Of a stretch of 64,000 nt of DNA, positions 11,749 through 24,449 are shown piece by piece (position 1 is the first letter of the stretch; each line of letters opens with the position of its first letter). The notes beneath the pieces were generated by a model. The model was not told where the DNA came from. It searched no databases and saw only the letters and a program-made list of their open reading frames with translations. The stretch lies in assembly GCA_951406725.2 (NCBI GenBank), contig OX597814.1, forward strand, positions 153,636,001 through 153,700,000, written 5' to 3'. A program made the position numbers and the translations under genes. Source of the DNA: Octopus vulgaris (Eukaryota).

Positions 11749-13052
11749 TTAAAGGATTGGAATTGATGTAATTGACTTTTCACATTGCCCTTGAATCTTG
11801 CAATGGACCAGTATCCTCTCCAGAGCGAATATTGTGACTCCAGTCACTTACATGCCATGCAAACTGTAAAACCAACTTTATGAGTCCTATGGCTCAAGTA
11901 AAGGAAAAACATATTGTACAGCTCATAAACTCTCCACATTCTTGAATGAGCAGCCCTTCAAAAGCAACATTTAATAATTTAAACAAATAGGAAAACTGTC
12001 ACAATTTTTCACCAGTTCTGCTTTAGTCAAGTGGTTTAGCTACACAAAGAGTAAAGTGCACTGCAAATTTAGCCAAATTCACATCGGAAATTTTTACTTG
12101 TTGACTTCTAAGTACTTCCAACCCATTCCAGAATTCAGTAATTAATGTTCCCATTGTAATGACACTATTAACAATGAACCAATGAGAAAACATCTACATA
12201 GGCATTAGAGCTGCTTCTATAGCAGCCAAATCTCCATGAAATCATACCCTAACATTGTGAAAAAGGAAGGACATAGAGGATTATGCTGTCCTAGATACTA
12301 AATGACTGGAATGCTTTTGATCGTAAATATGCTTGATTAGGGTTGACCTGGGGCTAAATGAATATAACATTAATATCATTAATACCATTAATATCATTAA
12401 TATCATTAATATATAGGTTTCAAATTTTGGCAGAAGGCCAGCAATTTTGAGGGAGAGGCTAAGTTGATTAAATCAACCCCAGTGCTCTCTCTACTGGTAA
12501 TTACTTCATCTACCCTGAAAGGATGAAAGGCAAAGTTAACCTAGGCAACATTTGAAATCAAACATTGCAGGAACTGCTGCCAAGCTCTTTGCTTGATATG
12601 GTAACAATTTTGCCAGCTCACCACCTTAACAGTACCAATAATAATAGTATTAATCTGAAAGTCTTTCTTGTTAATGTAATATTAATATGAGATATTAATA
12701 TAATATAATATTAATCAATATAATTTTTAAATTCAAAGTCTGTTTCTTGTATTGTGCTCTTTAATTTTAGACTAAACTAAGAATTGTCACAATAAAATAC
12801 TTTGTGGAAATAATTGTGGACTCAATTATGAACATAAGCTTTTGTGTCAGAAGTGAAAAAAATGGAAAAGAATCTGACCCCTAGAGGCCTCAAAACAGAA
12901 AAATTTTGTTCATTATTATACCAACATATTTACAAGACTTTGTTGCCATTGCTCATAATAAAGAAAATTTAAAGAACACAAAGACACATACATACTTTCA
13001 TACATGCATACACAGATAGAAATACACACACACACACACATTCATGCATACA

Positions 13053-13270
13053 TTATCATCATCATTTAACGTCCATTGTCCATGCTGGCATGGTTTGGAT
13101 AGTTTCACCAGATCTGGCAAGCTGGGGAGCTGTGCCAGACTCTAGTCTGATTTGACATGGTTTCCATAGCTGGATGCTCTTTCTAACACCAACCACTTTA
13201 CAGAGTATGCTGGGTGCTTTTATGCGGCACCACACAGGCGCTTTTATGTGGCATTGCACAGGTGTTTTCA
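13053..13270 (-). mobile_element. SINE family C ((GAT)n tail)
   Basis: Matches family C 3' end (ggaagggcatccagct...ccatgccagcatgga..gacgttaaatgatgatg). Confidence 0.8.
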
Positions 13271-13499
13271 CATGGCACCACCACAAGTACATTTTATGTG
13301 ATAACATCACAGAACTCTTCCAGGTCAATCCTCACCACCAGGGAGACCAGTCTTAACACACACACACACACACTTCTAATGAGTGCATGTTATTAGGAAA
13401 GGAAAAATGAAAGCACCATATATTTCAAAGATTTATATATAGAAAAATGGTTTTTAAATTTGTAAAACTAGTTTATAGGAAAATACTAGGTTGTGGGCT

Positions 13500-14640
13500 T
13501 AGAGAAAAAGTAGAGGTCTTCTTGAGTACAGCAATGTGCCAGGCATCTCGGTCCTTTGTCATCTCACTTGAAAGGTTCAGCATTCTGAGGTCATTCTTCA
13601 GTACTTCATCCCATGTCTTCCTGGGTCCCCCACTTCCACGTGTTCCATCTACTTTGAGAGATTGGCACTTCTTTTTGGAGCTGTTGGCATCCATCTGCAT
13701 TACATGACCAAGCCAGCACAGTTTTCTTTCTTGCACACAGCAACCAATTCCTCTTATGCCAAACTTCTCTGTCAAAACACTAGCACTCTAATGAACATGT
13801 ACATTTACATTACACATCCAACAGAGCACACTAACCACATTCCTTTCTAATCTTTGCATGTCCTTTGCATTCATGACCCATGCCTCACAATCATGTAGAA
13901 TTGTTGTCCGTATACATGCATCATGCAATCTTCCTTCACCCAGAGGCAGAAACCGTTTGTCACCAACAAAGTAACAGTTCTCTGAATTTCCTCCATCCTA
14001 TTCTTATTCTAGCTATCACACTCTCTGTGCATTCCCCTCACTACTAATTTGCTTTCCTAGGTAGAAAAATTATCTACTACCTCTAGGGCATTTGAAAGAA
14101 TCAATTTCCCAAGTTTCTATAATTTTTATGGATCCTGTGCATCTTCCATGCACTAACACTACATTCTCTGATAGTCTTCCTATTAATCTACTGCACCTTT
14201 TGTGTGTCCAAAGCTTACACTGGGTACATTGTATGGAGTTTCTGCCTACACCTTTCTTACAAATTGAACAGGGCCACCTACCAGGTTGTGTGTAGGGTCC
14301 TGTCAGTTTTCTTGCTTACATTAGTCTTGGCTTAGTTAGCCTTAAGGTCCTTAGATTCCAGGCTTTGCTTCCATACCTGGACTTTTTCTTCTGGTTCTGC
14401 TATGGAATCTGCTATGAGGGGAAAATCATAAGCATATAGTAGTTCTCAAGGGTTGCTGGTCTGGAATTCCTCTGTTATGGCCTGGAATACAATGATGAAA
14501 AGGAGGGGACTAAGGATTGAACCTTGATGAACCCCTGCCTGTACACAATATTCTTTGCTGTACTTGGGATTAGCTCTCAACTTACTGACAGCATCTTTGT
14601 ACATGGCCTGTACAGCTTTAACCAGCCACTCTTCTATTGA
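13500..14640 (-). mobile_element. RTE-clade LINE, 5'-truncated RT and C-terminal region, degenerate
   Basis: GVHQGS.LSPLLFII motif near 14490-14540 and RKLCWLGHVMQM...GTRGSGGPRKTWDEVLKNDL..DRDAW in ORF 13473-13775. Confidence 0.88.
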
Positions 14641-14712
14641 CAGACACAGAGAAAATCATTTGTAACTAAGATCCTCAATAGAAACTGAATACATACACAT
14701 ACACAAATTATC

Positions 14713-14750
<38 letters not shown>

Positions 14751-15324
14751 CTAATGAATGCATGTTATTAGGAAAGGAAAATGAAAGTACCATATTGTCC
14801 AAAGATTTATATATATAAAAAAAATGAACAAGAGTTTTCATCTGTTTACGCATAACTACTGTTTTTTTTTTAAAGAGTTTTATGCAGTTTCATGAATTAT
14901 GAATGAAATTTAGTTTACATATATTTCTTCGTTTCTGTTCTTCTTTCAGTGTCCAACACCAGACACTGCCTCATCACTATATTTATCTCTTCTTAGCTTC
15001 ACTCATTTACCCCCAGACTATCTTCTAGAATGTGAGTGATCATGGAGCTCCTCTACAGCAACAAACCTCTTTTGCTCTGGCCCTTTCTTCATACTTTAAC
15101 GCCTCATCTGCTCGGACAAAACTGTCTTTCTCAGGTTGTATAGTGACCTCAGTGGTACTACTGGTACAAAGAAAGTACATTGTATAATTTGTAAATTGAT
15201 TGGCATTAGAAAGGACATTCAGCCATAGGAAACATACCAAAGTAGGCATTGTAGGAGAACAATGCAGTTCATATTGTTTCTAATTTAGGCAGAGGACCCA
15301 CAGTTTGAGAGGAGAAACTAGTTA

Positions 15325-16385
15325 AGGCAGTGAGCTGGCATAAACGTTAGCACGCCGGGCGAAATTCTTAATGGTATTTCATCTGCTGTTACGTTCTGAG
15401 TTCAAATTCCGCCGAGGTCGACTTTGCCTTTCATCCTTTCGGGGTCGATAAATTAAGTACCAGTTACGCACTAGGGTCGATGTAATCGACTTAATCCGTT
15501 TGTCTGACCTTGTTTGTCCCCTCTGTGTTTAGCCCTTTGTGGGTAGTAAAGAAATAGGTATTTCATCTGTTGTTACATTCTGAGTTCAAATTCCGCCAAG
15601 GTCAACTTTGCCTTTCATCCTTTCAGGGTCGATGAATTAAGTACCTGTTATGCACTGGGGTCGATGTAATCGACTTAATCCCTTTATCTGTCCTTGTCTG
15701 TCCCCTCTGTGTTTAGCCCCTTGTGAGCAATAAAGAAATAAGAAATTAGTTAATTGCCTCAACCTTCAGTACTTGACTAGTATTTTCTTTCATTGACCCT
15801 CAAAGGATGAAAGCCAAAGTTGACTTCAGCAGGACTTGAACTTAGGATGTAAAGCAGAAAAATACTGCAAAGCAATTTTGTTCAGTGCTCAAACAATACT
15901 GCCAATCCACCACTCATATTAATTCTTTCTTACTATAGGCAAAAGGTGTGAAATTTTGGGAAAGCGTCTAGTCAATTACATTGACCCCAGCACTTGACGG
16001 GTATTTATTTTATCGACACTGAAAGGATGAAAGGCAAAGTTGACCTTGGTGGAATTTGAACTCAGAGTGTAAAGCTGGAATAAATAACACTAAGCATTTT
16101 CTCTGGCATTCAAACAATCCTGCCAGCTTGTTGCCTTAAAACTACTCTTGATAATATATAATTATATTCTTTTCTACTCTAGACAGAAGGCCCAAAATTT
16201 TGGGGAAGGGGGCCAGTCGATTAGATTGACCCCAGTATGCAACTGGTACTTAATTTATCGATCCCAAAAGGATGAAATGCAAAGTCGACCACAGTGGAAT
16301 TTGAACTCAGAATGTAAAGACAGATGAAATACTTCTAAGCATTTTGCCCAGTGTGCTAATGTTTCTGCCAGCTTGTTGCCTTAAA
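15325..16385. mobile_element. Cluster of family B SINEs in both orientations
   Basis: Plus copies 15325-15740 (with internal duplication), minus copies ~15760-15915, 15925-16140, 16165-16385. Confidence 0.85.
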
Positions 16386-17099
16386 CAACATATAATCATA
16401 GTTAAAATAAATTTGCCAAGCTGCATCTCAGAAAAGTAAGTGACTAATGGCATTATGGTAGGCAAGTATAAGACTTCTGGGTTTATTAAATATTCCAAAT
16501 CTATAGCAGTTATCTTTGTAAGCATAAATAAAATTGGAAACTCAAAATAGCAAAAGACTTAGGTCTTAGCTTTGAATAAATGAATAAACTCTGCTATACA
16601 TATTGAATATTTTTTCCCTTCATTATACAACCCCATCACACACACACACATATATATACACACACACGCACACATATATACATATATATTACATATATAT
16701 ATGTGTGTGTATATATGATGATATATATATATATATATACATACATATATGTATATGTACACATACACATATATTTATACATACATGTAATAGGCCTACA
16801 CATGCACAAATATCCTTTAGATTTATACCATCTGTTTGTGAAGTTCACAGAAAAGATTTACACTGTTATGAAAAATGAATTCACATAAAAGAATTATAAT
16901 GATTCATTGGAAACTTATACAATACTTTTAAACAGTATTCAAAATATCTTTTGTCTATTATAAAACTGAAAAACTTTCTCAGCTTGATTTTAATAATTTT
17001 ACTATGCTTTTTGTAAAACAGATAATATCTAACAATATTTTAGAAATTTCTGTCAACTTATAAAACTCATTTTCCCTATCCCATTAAACTTCCTTAGGG

Positions 17100-17515
17100 A
17101 GTTTATTTCTAATGAATATGTCTTTAGGACCTATTGAGTCAAGTACGTCAACACCAACATCAAAATAAAAATCAAATGGAAATTGTAGTTAAGATACCCG
17201 TGCCGGCGACACGTAAAAAGCACTGTACGAACGTGGCAGATGCCAGCACCACCTGACTGGCGTCCGTGTTGGTGACACGTAAAAGCACCAACTGATCATG
17301 GTGGTTTGCCAGCCTCCCCTGGCCCTTGTGCCGGTGGCATGTAAAAAGCACCCACTACACTCTTGGAGTGGTTGGCGTTAGGAAGGGCATCCAGTTGTAG
17401 AAACACTGCCAGATCAGACTGGAGCCTGGTGCAGCCTCCTGGCCTCCCAGACCCCGGCCAAACAGTCCAACCCATGCTAGCATGGAAAGCGGATGTTAAA
17501 CGATGATGATGATAG
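17100..17515 (+). mobile_element. SINE family C with internal gtaaaaagcac repeats
   Basis: Three cacgtaaaa(a)gcac units, then ggaagggcatccag and (GAT)n tail. Confidence 0.8.
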
Positions 17516-18062
17516 TGAATCAATGTTCAGTTCTCTTCAAATGAGGGTGTTATTAGCAGTAGTTCCTTGAAATTCTGAGCAATGGCCCTTTTTCCATGCA
17601 TAGGAAGTTGGCAAAACATCTCAATTTCTGCCAAGAATCCTATTTCAGTTCTTACATTGTTTTTGGAGTAGGATACTTAATATGTCATGAAGGCATGTGG
17701 CTTAGTGATTAGGATATTTGGTTCACAATCATAAGGTCATGAGTTCAATACCCAGTGGTGCATTGTGTCCTTGAGCAAGACACGTTTTTTGTTGCTCCAG
17801 TCAACTCAGCTGGCAAAAATAAGTTGTACCTGTATTTTAATGGGTCAGCCTTGTCACATCCTGTGTCATGCTGAATCTTCCTGAGAACTACCTTAAGGGT
17901 AAGCGTGGTTGGAGAGTGTTCGGCCACTTGTACATTAATTTCATGAGTAGACTGTTCTGGTGATCAGATCAATTGGAACCCTGCATATCAGCTTCAGTGG
18001 GTCTATAATAGTTAACAGTACAGGCCCTATCTTCTGAATGCATTATATCTCACCCACACCCT

Positions 18063-18093
<31 letters not shown>

Positions 18094-20438
18094 CGTCATT
18101 GCCACTGCTGCCGCTGTCACCACTACCACCACCTCCACCACCACCGCTGCCACGACGACGACGACGACGATGACCACCACCACCACCACCATCATCATCA
18201 TTTAACATTCGTTTTCCATGCTGGTATGAGTTGGATGGTTGGACAGGAGATGGCAAACAGGAGGGTTGCTGTAGGCTCCAGTTGTCTACTTTGGCATGGT
18301 TCTACAGCTGAATGCCCTTCCTAATGCCAACCACTTTATAGAGTGTACTGAGTACTTCTTACATAGCACCAGCAAAAAAAATAAGGTTTCTAAGTAAGAC
18401 CACTGAGCAAATAAGGTGGTCAAATACTTGCCTGAGAAAACAACAAAAAAGAAAAGAAACAATAATGTGATTATTGTGTTAAGCTTTTGTAAATCAAATA
18501 CCATGTTTGGCAACAATAATGGGCATGATGAAGACTTAACAGACACGGTATTTGATAATAGTAAGGTAAGTGCTTTTCATGCTTTATGTATGGATGGATA
18601 AGAACAGCTGCATATAGAAGTACTGAGCTCTAATTGTGGAGGGTACCTTGGAAGGGGTAGACCCAGGAAAACAAAGTGGAGTGAAAGGATCTTTGAACAC
18701 TGGGCCTCGCTGAGGAAATGATAAGGGATCGGGAGATGCAGCAATCTGCTGTATTTAATAAGGCATGCCATGCTAAGTAAAATTGTTGTCTTTCATACAT
18801 ATAGGCTTATCCTTTCAGGTGCCAGTGCCACTTAAAAGGCACCTGTGCCTGTGCTGTGTAAATGCACCTGTGCTGGTGGCACATAAAAAGCACCCAGAAC
18901 ACTCTGTTAAGTTGTTGGCATTAGGAAGAGCATCAAGCCATAGAAACCATTCTGTAACAGACGTTTGGAGTTTGGACAACTCCCTGCTAGCCAGTACCAT
19001 ATCAAACTGCCCAACTCATGCCAGCATGAAGAATGGACATTAAATGATAATGATGACAGGCAACTCTAAGTGGTTAAGGATTTCCTTTTGCGATATTTCA
19101 GTTGCAATCTCACTGAGGCAAATGTCTCCTACCATATCTCTCCATTTATCAAACTCCTGCGGATGGTATTTGGTAGAAGGAAACTGCGATGAAGCTTGTT
19201 GACATTCAGACAGTTTTGTCTGCAAAATTTGCATCACAGTTTCCATCAATGAACCTGAGCTGTGATGTAAAAAAATGTTCTATTTAGCTATATACAATGG
19301 AGGGAAGTAAATACAATTAGTCATCTCTAACAATGCTTCACCAATTCTGCTCATCTCTGGATCATCATCATCATCAACATCATCACCATCACCATCACCA
19401 TTATCATCATCGCTGCTGCTGCTGCTGCCGCCGCCGCCGCCACCGCCACTGCCGCCACCACCACCACCACCATCATCATATAATGCCTGTTTTCCATGCT
19501 GCCATAGTTTACTGGTTTAACAGGATCAAACAAGCTGAAGAGCTGTATCAGGCTCCAATGTCAGCTTTGGCATGGAATCTTAAGCTGGATGCCCTTCCTA
19601 ACACCAACCACTTTACAGTATGTGCTGGGTGCTTTTTGTGTGACACTGGTACTAATGAGATTGTCAAGTAACTGGCAAGATAAAGAAAAGGAAGGAAAAG
19701 AAAAAAGCCTTTTCAACTGAGTGGCAGCGAATTTGAGAGAGAGATGGAGTAGTTTTATGCTAGGTGTTGAAGGCCAAAGTATGATAGATGGACAGTCAGA
19801 TGTGTCTTGTATGAACTCTATATCTCACTACCCCTGTCCTGAAGTCATCTAGACTTCAGGACAGGGGTTGTTCCATAATATAAAGCATTACTATTTACAC
19901 CATTGTTGTTATCATTACACATTCTTTTATTTTGCTATGATTTGGTATTTCCAGAACAGTTACATTTCCCCATGTTCTTTCCATTAAGTGCAGGTATGGC
20001 TTGTCCTTAAGAAGCTCACTTTGCAGCCATGTGATTTCAGGTTCAGTTCCACCACATGACACCTTGGACAAGTGCCTTCTACTATAACCCTAGGTTGATC
20101 AATGCCTTATGAGTGAATTTAGTACATGGAAACAGTGTAGAACCCTACCATATATCCTCCTCCTCCTCCTCCACATCATCATCATCATCATTTAACATTC
20201 ATTGTCCATGCAGGCATGGGTTGGAGAGTTTGAGCAGGGCTGGTAAGGTGAGGGGCTGGAGCACCGCATTTAGTCAAACAAATCGACCCCAGGACTTATT
20301 CTTTGTAAGCCTAATACTTGTTCGATTGGTTTCTTTTGCTGAACCTCTAAGTTACAGGGACATAAACACACCAGCGTCGGTTGTCAAGCGATAGTGGGGG
20401 GAACAAACACAGTCACACAAACACACACACACATGCAT

Positions 20439-20501
<63 letters not shown>

Positions 20502-21480
20502 ATGGGCTTCTTTCAATTTCCGTCTACCAAATCCACTCACAAGGTTTTGGTCAGCCTGAGGCTATAGTAGCAGACACTTGCCCAAGGTGCCATGCAGTGG
20601 GACTGAACCCAGAACCATGTGGTTGGTAAGCAAGCTACTTATTTCTTTATTGCCCACAGGGGGCTAAACATAGAGAGGACAAACAAGGACAAACAAACAG
20701 ATTAAGTCAATTACATCGACCCCAGTGCGTAGCTGGTACTTAATTTATCAACCCCAAAAGGACAAAAGGCAAAGTCGACCTCGGCAGAATTTGAACTCAG
20801 AACATAATGACAGACAAAATACTGCGAAGCATTTTGGCCATGCGTGCTAACGTTTCTACCAGCTTACCATATGGTATGCTACTTACCATACAGCCACTCC
20901 TGTGCCTATATATATTCTAATCTGAGGAAAAATATTTTCAGAGACATAAAATATCAAAATTTCTAAATCAAAGAATGAATTAAAGAACAAGAGAAACTTA
21001 GCCAGAAAGAATGGTATTTAATTTTTCTAAGCTGATTTATCCAGGCCAGGATTCTACTAAGAAGATCTTTTTGTAGTTTAGATTCATTAAGCAGCAGAGA
21101 GAGCAAAACAGCTGTTACCAGTCCTTATTATTACCATTATTGATTCGATGCTATAAACTGTAAGCCTTGAGTTTAGGAAAAGAAATAATCATTGCTGTTG
21201 TGAACATAGCTTCGGAATTTATGCCAGCTTTGTTCTCATCAATGCACTGATTCTTCTTGTTTCTCTGTGCGTGTGTGCTAATGTTACAGATGTTATCACT
21301 GCTATTGCATTTGTTTTGTTAGTGTTGTTGTTGTTTAGTCACAGGTCAGCACTCACTGATCAATCAGACCTATGATCAAAAGCATTCCAGCCATGACTAT
21401 CCCATATTTTCTAAATGTTCCAGGAACTACATTATTTAATGTATTGTTATTGTAGTTCAAGTGAATAGAGTATGATTTAA

Positions 21481-21699
21481 CCCTTTTGTGCTGTATTTAT
21501 TTTGAGATGCTATGTGTTTCTCTCAATTATTTTAAATATAACAAAGGATTTAGTAAAATAACTTAGTTATCATTCAGCTAGTGTTAGGAACATAAATTGT
21601 GACTAAGGTTTGGTGGAAGATTTTAATTCAAAACTTATGAAAACAAGACATTTGTATGCAGAGCCAGGGCCGGTTTCAGCCAGGTTGGTAACGTAAGGG
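21481..21699. mobile_element. piggyBac-type MITE, second copy
   Basis: TTAA|CCCTT...AAGGG|TTAA; closely matches 11529-11748. Confidence 0.85.
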
Positions 21700-22156
21700 T
21701 TAAATAAGATTTAGCAGCTATTTCTTGCCTGTTGAGAGGTGACACATAGGCTCCATTGCTTGCTGCTGTTGTTTTTGACTGTTCTTCTAGTCACTATAGC
21801 TATAAATGACTAATGTACCTAATAGCTAAACAAAACTTAGTTTCTGCTCCAAAAAGTTAATTAGCTATTTGATATCTCCATCATCATAGCATACTACTTA
21901 GACTAATTACACTTGGTGGACATCAAACTGACTAATTATATAGTTAGGTTATAGTATCAGTTATTTGTAATGGATTCAATATATAAACTAGAAAGTTCTT
22001 CTTAGATACTGCAAAATATTAGTCAAACTCGAAGATTATAATCAGCAACAACTGCATATGTGGTTTAAAGCATTGCCATAGAAGTTCCAAAGACAAATCA
22101 ATGTTATCAGTCTCCTATTTTGGACACAAGTTTCGATCTCATTTACGGGCATTGTG

Positions 22157-22296
22157 TAGTGGTAGTAGTGGTGGTAGTGGTGGTAATAATGTTAGTATTA
22201 GTGGTGTTGTTGTTGTTGGTAGCAGCAGCAGCAGCGGTGGTGGTGGTAGTAGTAGTAGTAATAGTAGTAGTGGTGGTAGTAGTAGTAGTGGTGGTG

Positions 22297-22363
<67 letters not shown>

Positions 22364-22403
22364 CGGCAGCGGCAGCAGCAGCAGCAGTAGTAGTAGCAGT
22401 AGC

Positions 22404-22472
<69 letters not shown>
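22157..22472. repeat. Compound (AGT)/(GGT)/(AGC)n microsatellite
   Basis: Direct trinucleotide runs; explains poly-Ser and poly-Val ORFs. Confidence 0.95.
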
Positions 22473-22474
<2 letters not shown>

Positions 22475-24094
22475 GTTTAGTTTTGGGTCTGCTCTGATCA
22501 GAAGGCTTTATGGCTACAATGAATTCATCCTTTATTCAGATATTGTATATCTAGGACTACGTTAACCAGGGCAGGCTTTCATGTATTTTTTTTTTTCATA
22601 AAATTGGAGAAGTGCGGTGTGTGAAAGATTATGGCTGGTATTTTCCAACAGGTTGAGGGACAGTGTAAACGCTGAACATGAAGGGCTACATGTTCCAACA
22701 TGTAAAGCACACAAACAAATGATCTTACAATCACATCTCATGTCACCGGTGCTCTCATCACCATCATCATCATCATCATCATTTTCCATGCTGGCATGGG
22801 TTGGATGGTTTGACCAGAGCTGGCGAGCTGGAGAGTTGCACCAAATTCTAGTCTGATTTGGCTTTGTTTCTATTGCTGGATGACATTCCTAATGCTAACC
22901 ACTCTATGGTGTATGCTGAGTGCTTTTAATGTGTTACCACATGAGTTCCCATACATGGCACCAGTACAAGTGCTGTTTTACGTGGCACTGGCACACAACT
23001 CTTGCAGATCAATTCTCTTCATTAGGGGCCTTAACACTTCTACTGTGGAATCTTCTTTTACTTGTTTCAGTCATTTTGGAGAAACCTAGGTACGGAGTTT
23101 TATAAGTATGGAATTTATTCTATCGATTGCTCGCCAAACTACTAAGTTATGGGGACATAAATAAACCAGCACTGGTTGACAACGGGTGGTAGGAAACAAA
23201 CAAAACACAAACAAACACACACACACACACACACACACATGACAGGTTTCTCATAGATTCCATCTACCAAATTCTCTCACAAGGCAATCATTGGCCTGGG
23301 CTCATAGTAGAAGCCTCTCGCCCAAAGTACTGCACAATGGGACTGAACCTAAAGCTACATGGTTGTAAATCAAGCTTCTTAACGCACAGCCACTTTCTAT
23401 ATATATCTTTTCTTATACATACACACACACACATGCAATGTATTGAAAACAACATAAATGCATTCTAGTTTTTATCTTTTTATTAAGGTTTTCATACTTT
23501 CTCATAAGTTTGTTTTTAAAGTTCCTTTTAACAGCAAAGAACTCATAAAAAATATATTTTGAATAATAATACAAAAACTAGAAAAAAATCATGATTTTAT
23601 ATAATATGTTTAAAAGAAAAGCCATTACATTCTAGAATACATACCAAAATAAATACCAATACACACACACATATATATACACTCACCACTATATACACGT
23701 GTGTGTGTTCGCGTGAATACACATACACACATATTACATGCGTATAAACAAATACTGCATAGAATAAATTGTATTCATTATTACACAAAAGCAGTGATTT
23801 GTCAGAATTAAAAACAAAAAAATTTAACATAAAAAACAAAAACTGGCCAATATAGTAGTTTCTGGATCAAATCACCTAGAATAACACAGATCTAAAAGCC
23901 ATGTTCTAACTAGAATACTGTATCCAATAGTTAAACCATATTCTGTGCTGAAAGATAGTGCTGTTCTTATCTTACAATGGAATAGTTAATGTTAGGAAAG
24001 GCATCCAGCTGTAAAACAGTAATACTTGTCATTGTCTAAATTTACAGATCCATCCAACTAAAATGAAAAAGAGCAGTAAAAATAATAAAAACAA

Positions 24095-24125
<31 letters not shown>

Positions 24126-24449
24126 TATATGAGTAGTTAACTGCTAACTTCCATGAAGAAGACATTTTTAAAATTTATTTCTATCTTAATATCATGGTAT
24201 TTAATGATATAAGAGAAAAAAGCTAAAAGATACAAAAACAAAACAGATTCTATTTATTGCATAGAACACTTGAAATAATAGAATAAGACCAAAGTAAGAT
24301 GATTTTGATAACGTGGCAGAGGCAAAAAAACCTTTCATCAGATTAATGTATAGTTTCAAGTGTTACATGCCAAAAGAAGGATCCATAAAGTCTGTTGTGC
24401 CAAAAGAAGAAAAGGTTAGCAGTAAATAAGAAAGAAAAAAATATCTTAA

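Noticed and set aside
18503-18571. Possible exon ending AAG|GTAAGT (MFGNNNGHDEDLTDTVFDNSK)
   Set aside because: Good donor but no convincing acceptor, and it sits between SINE and RTE fragments.
24325-24345. Other CUGANGA hits (24335, 52494, 54913, 56560 on minus)
   Set aside because: No correctly placed GAAA, stem III and stem I.
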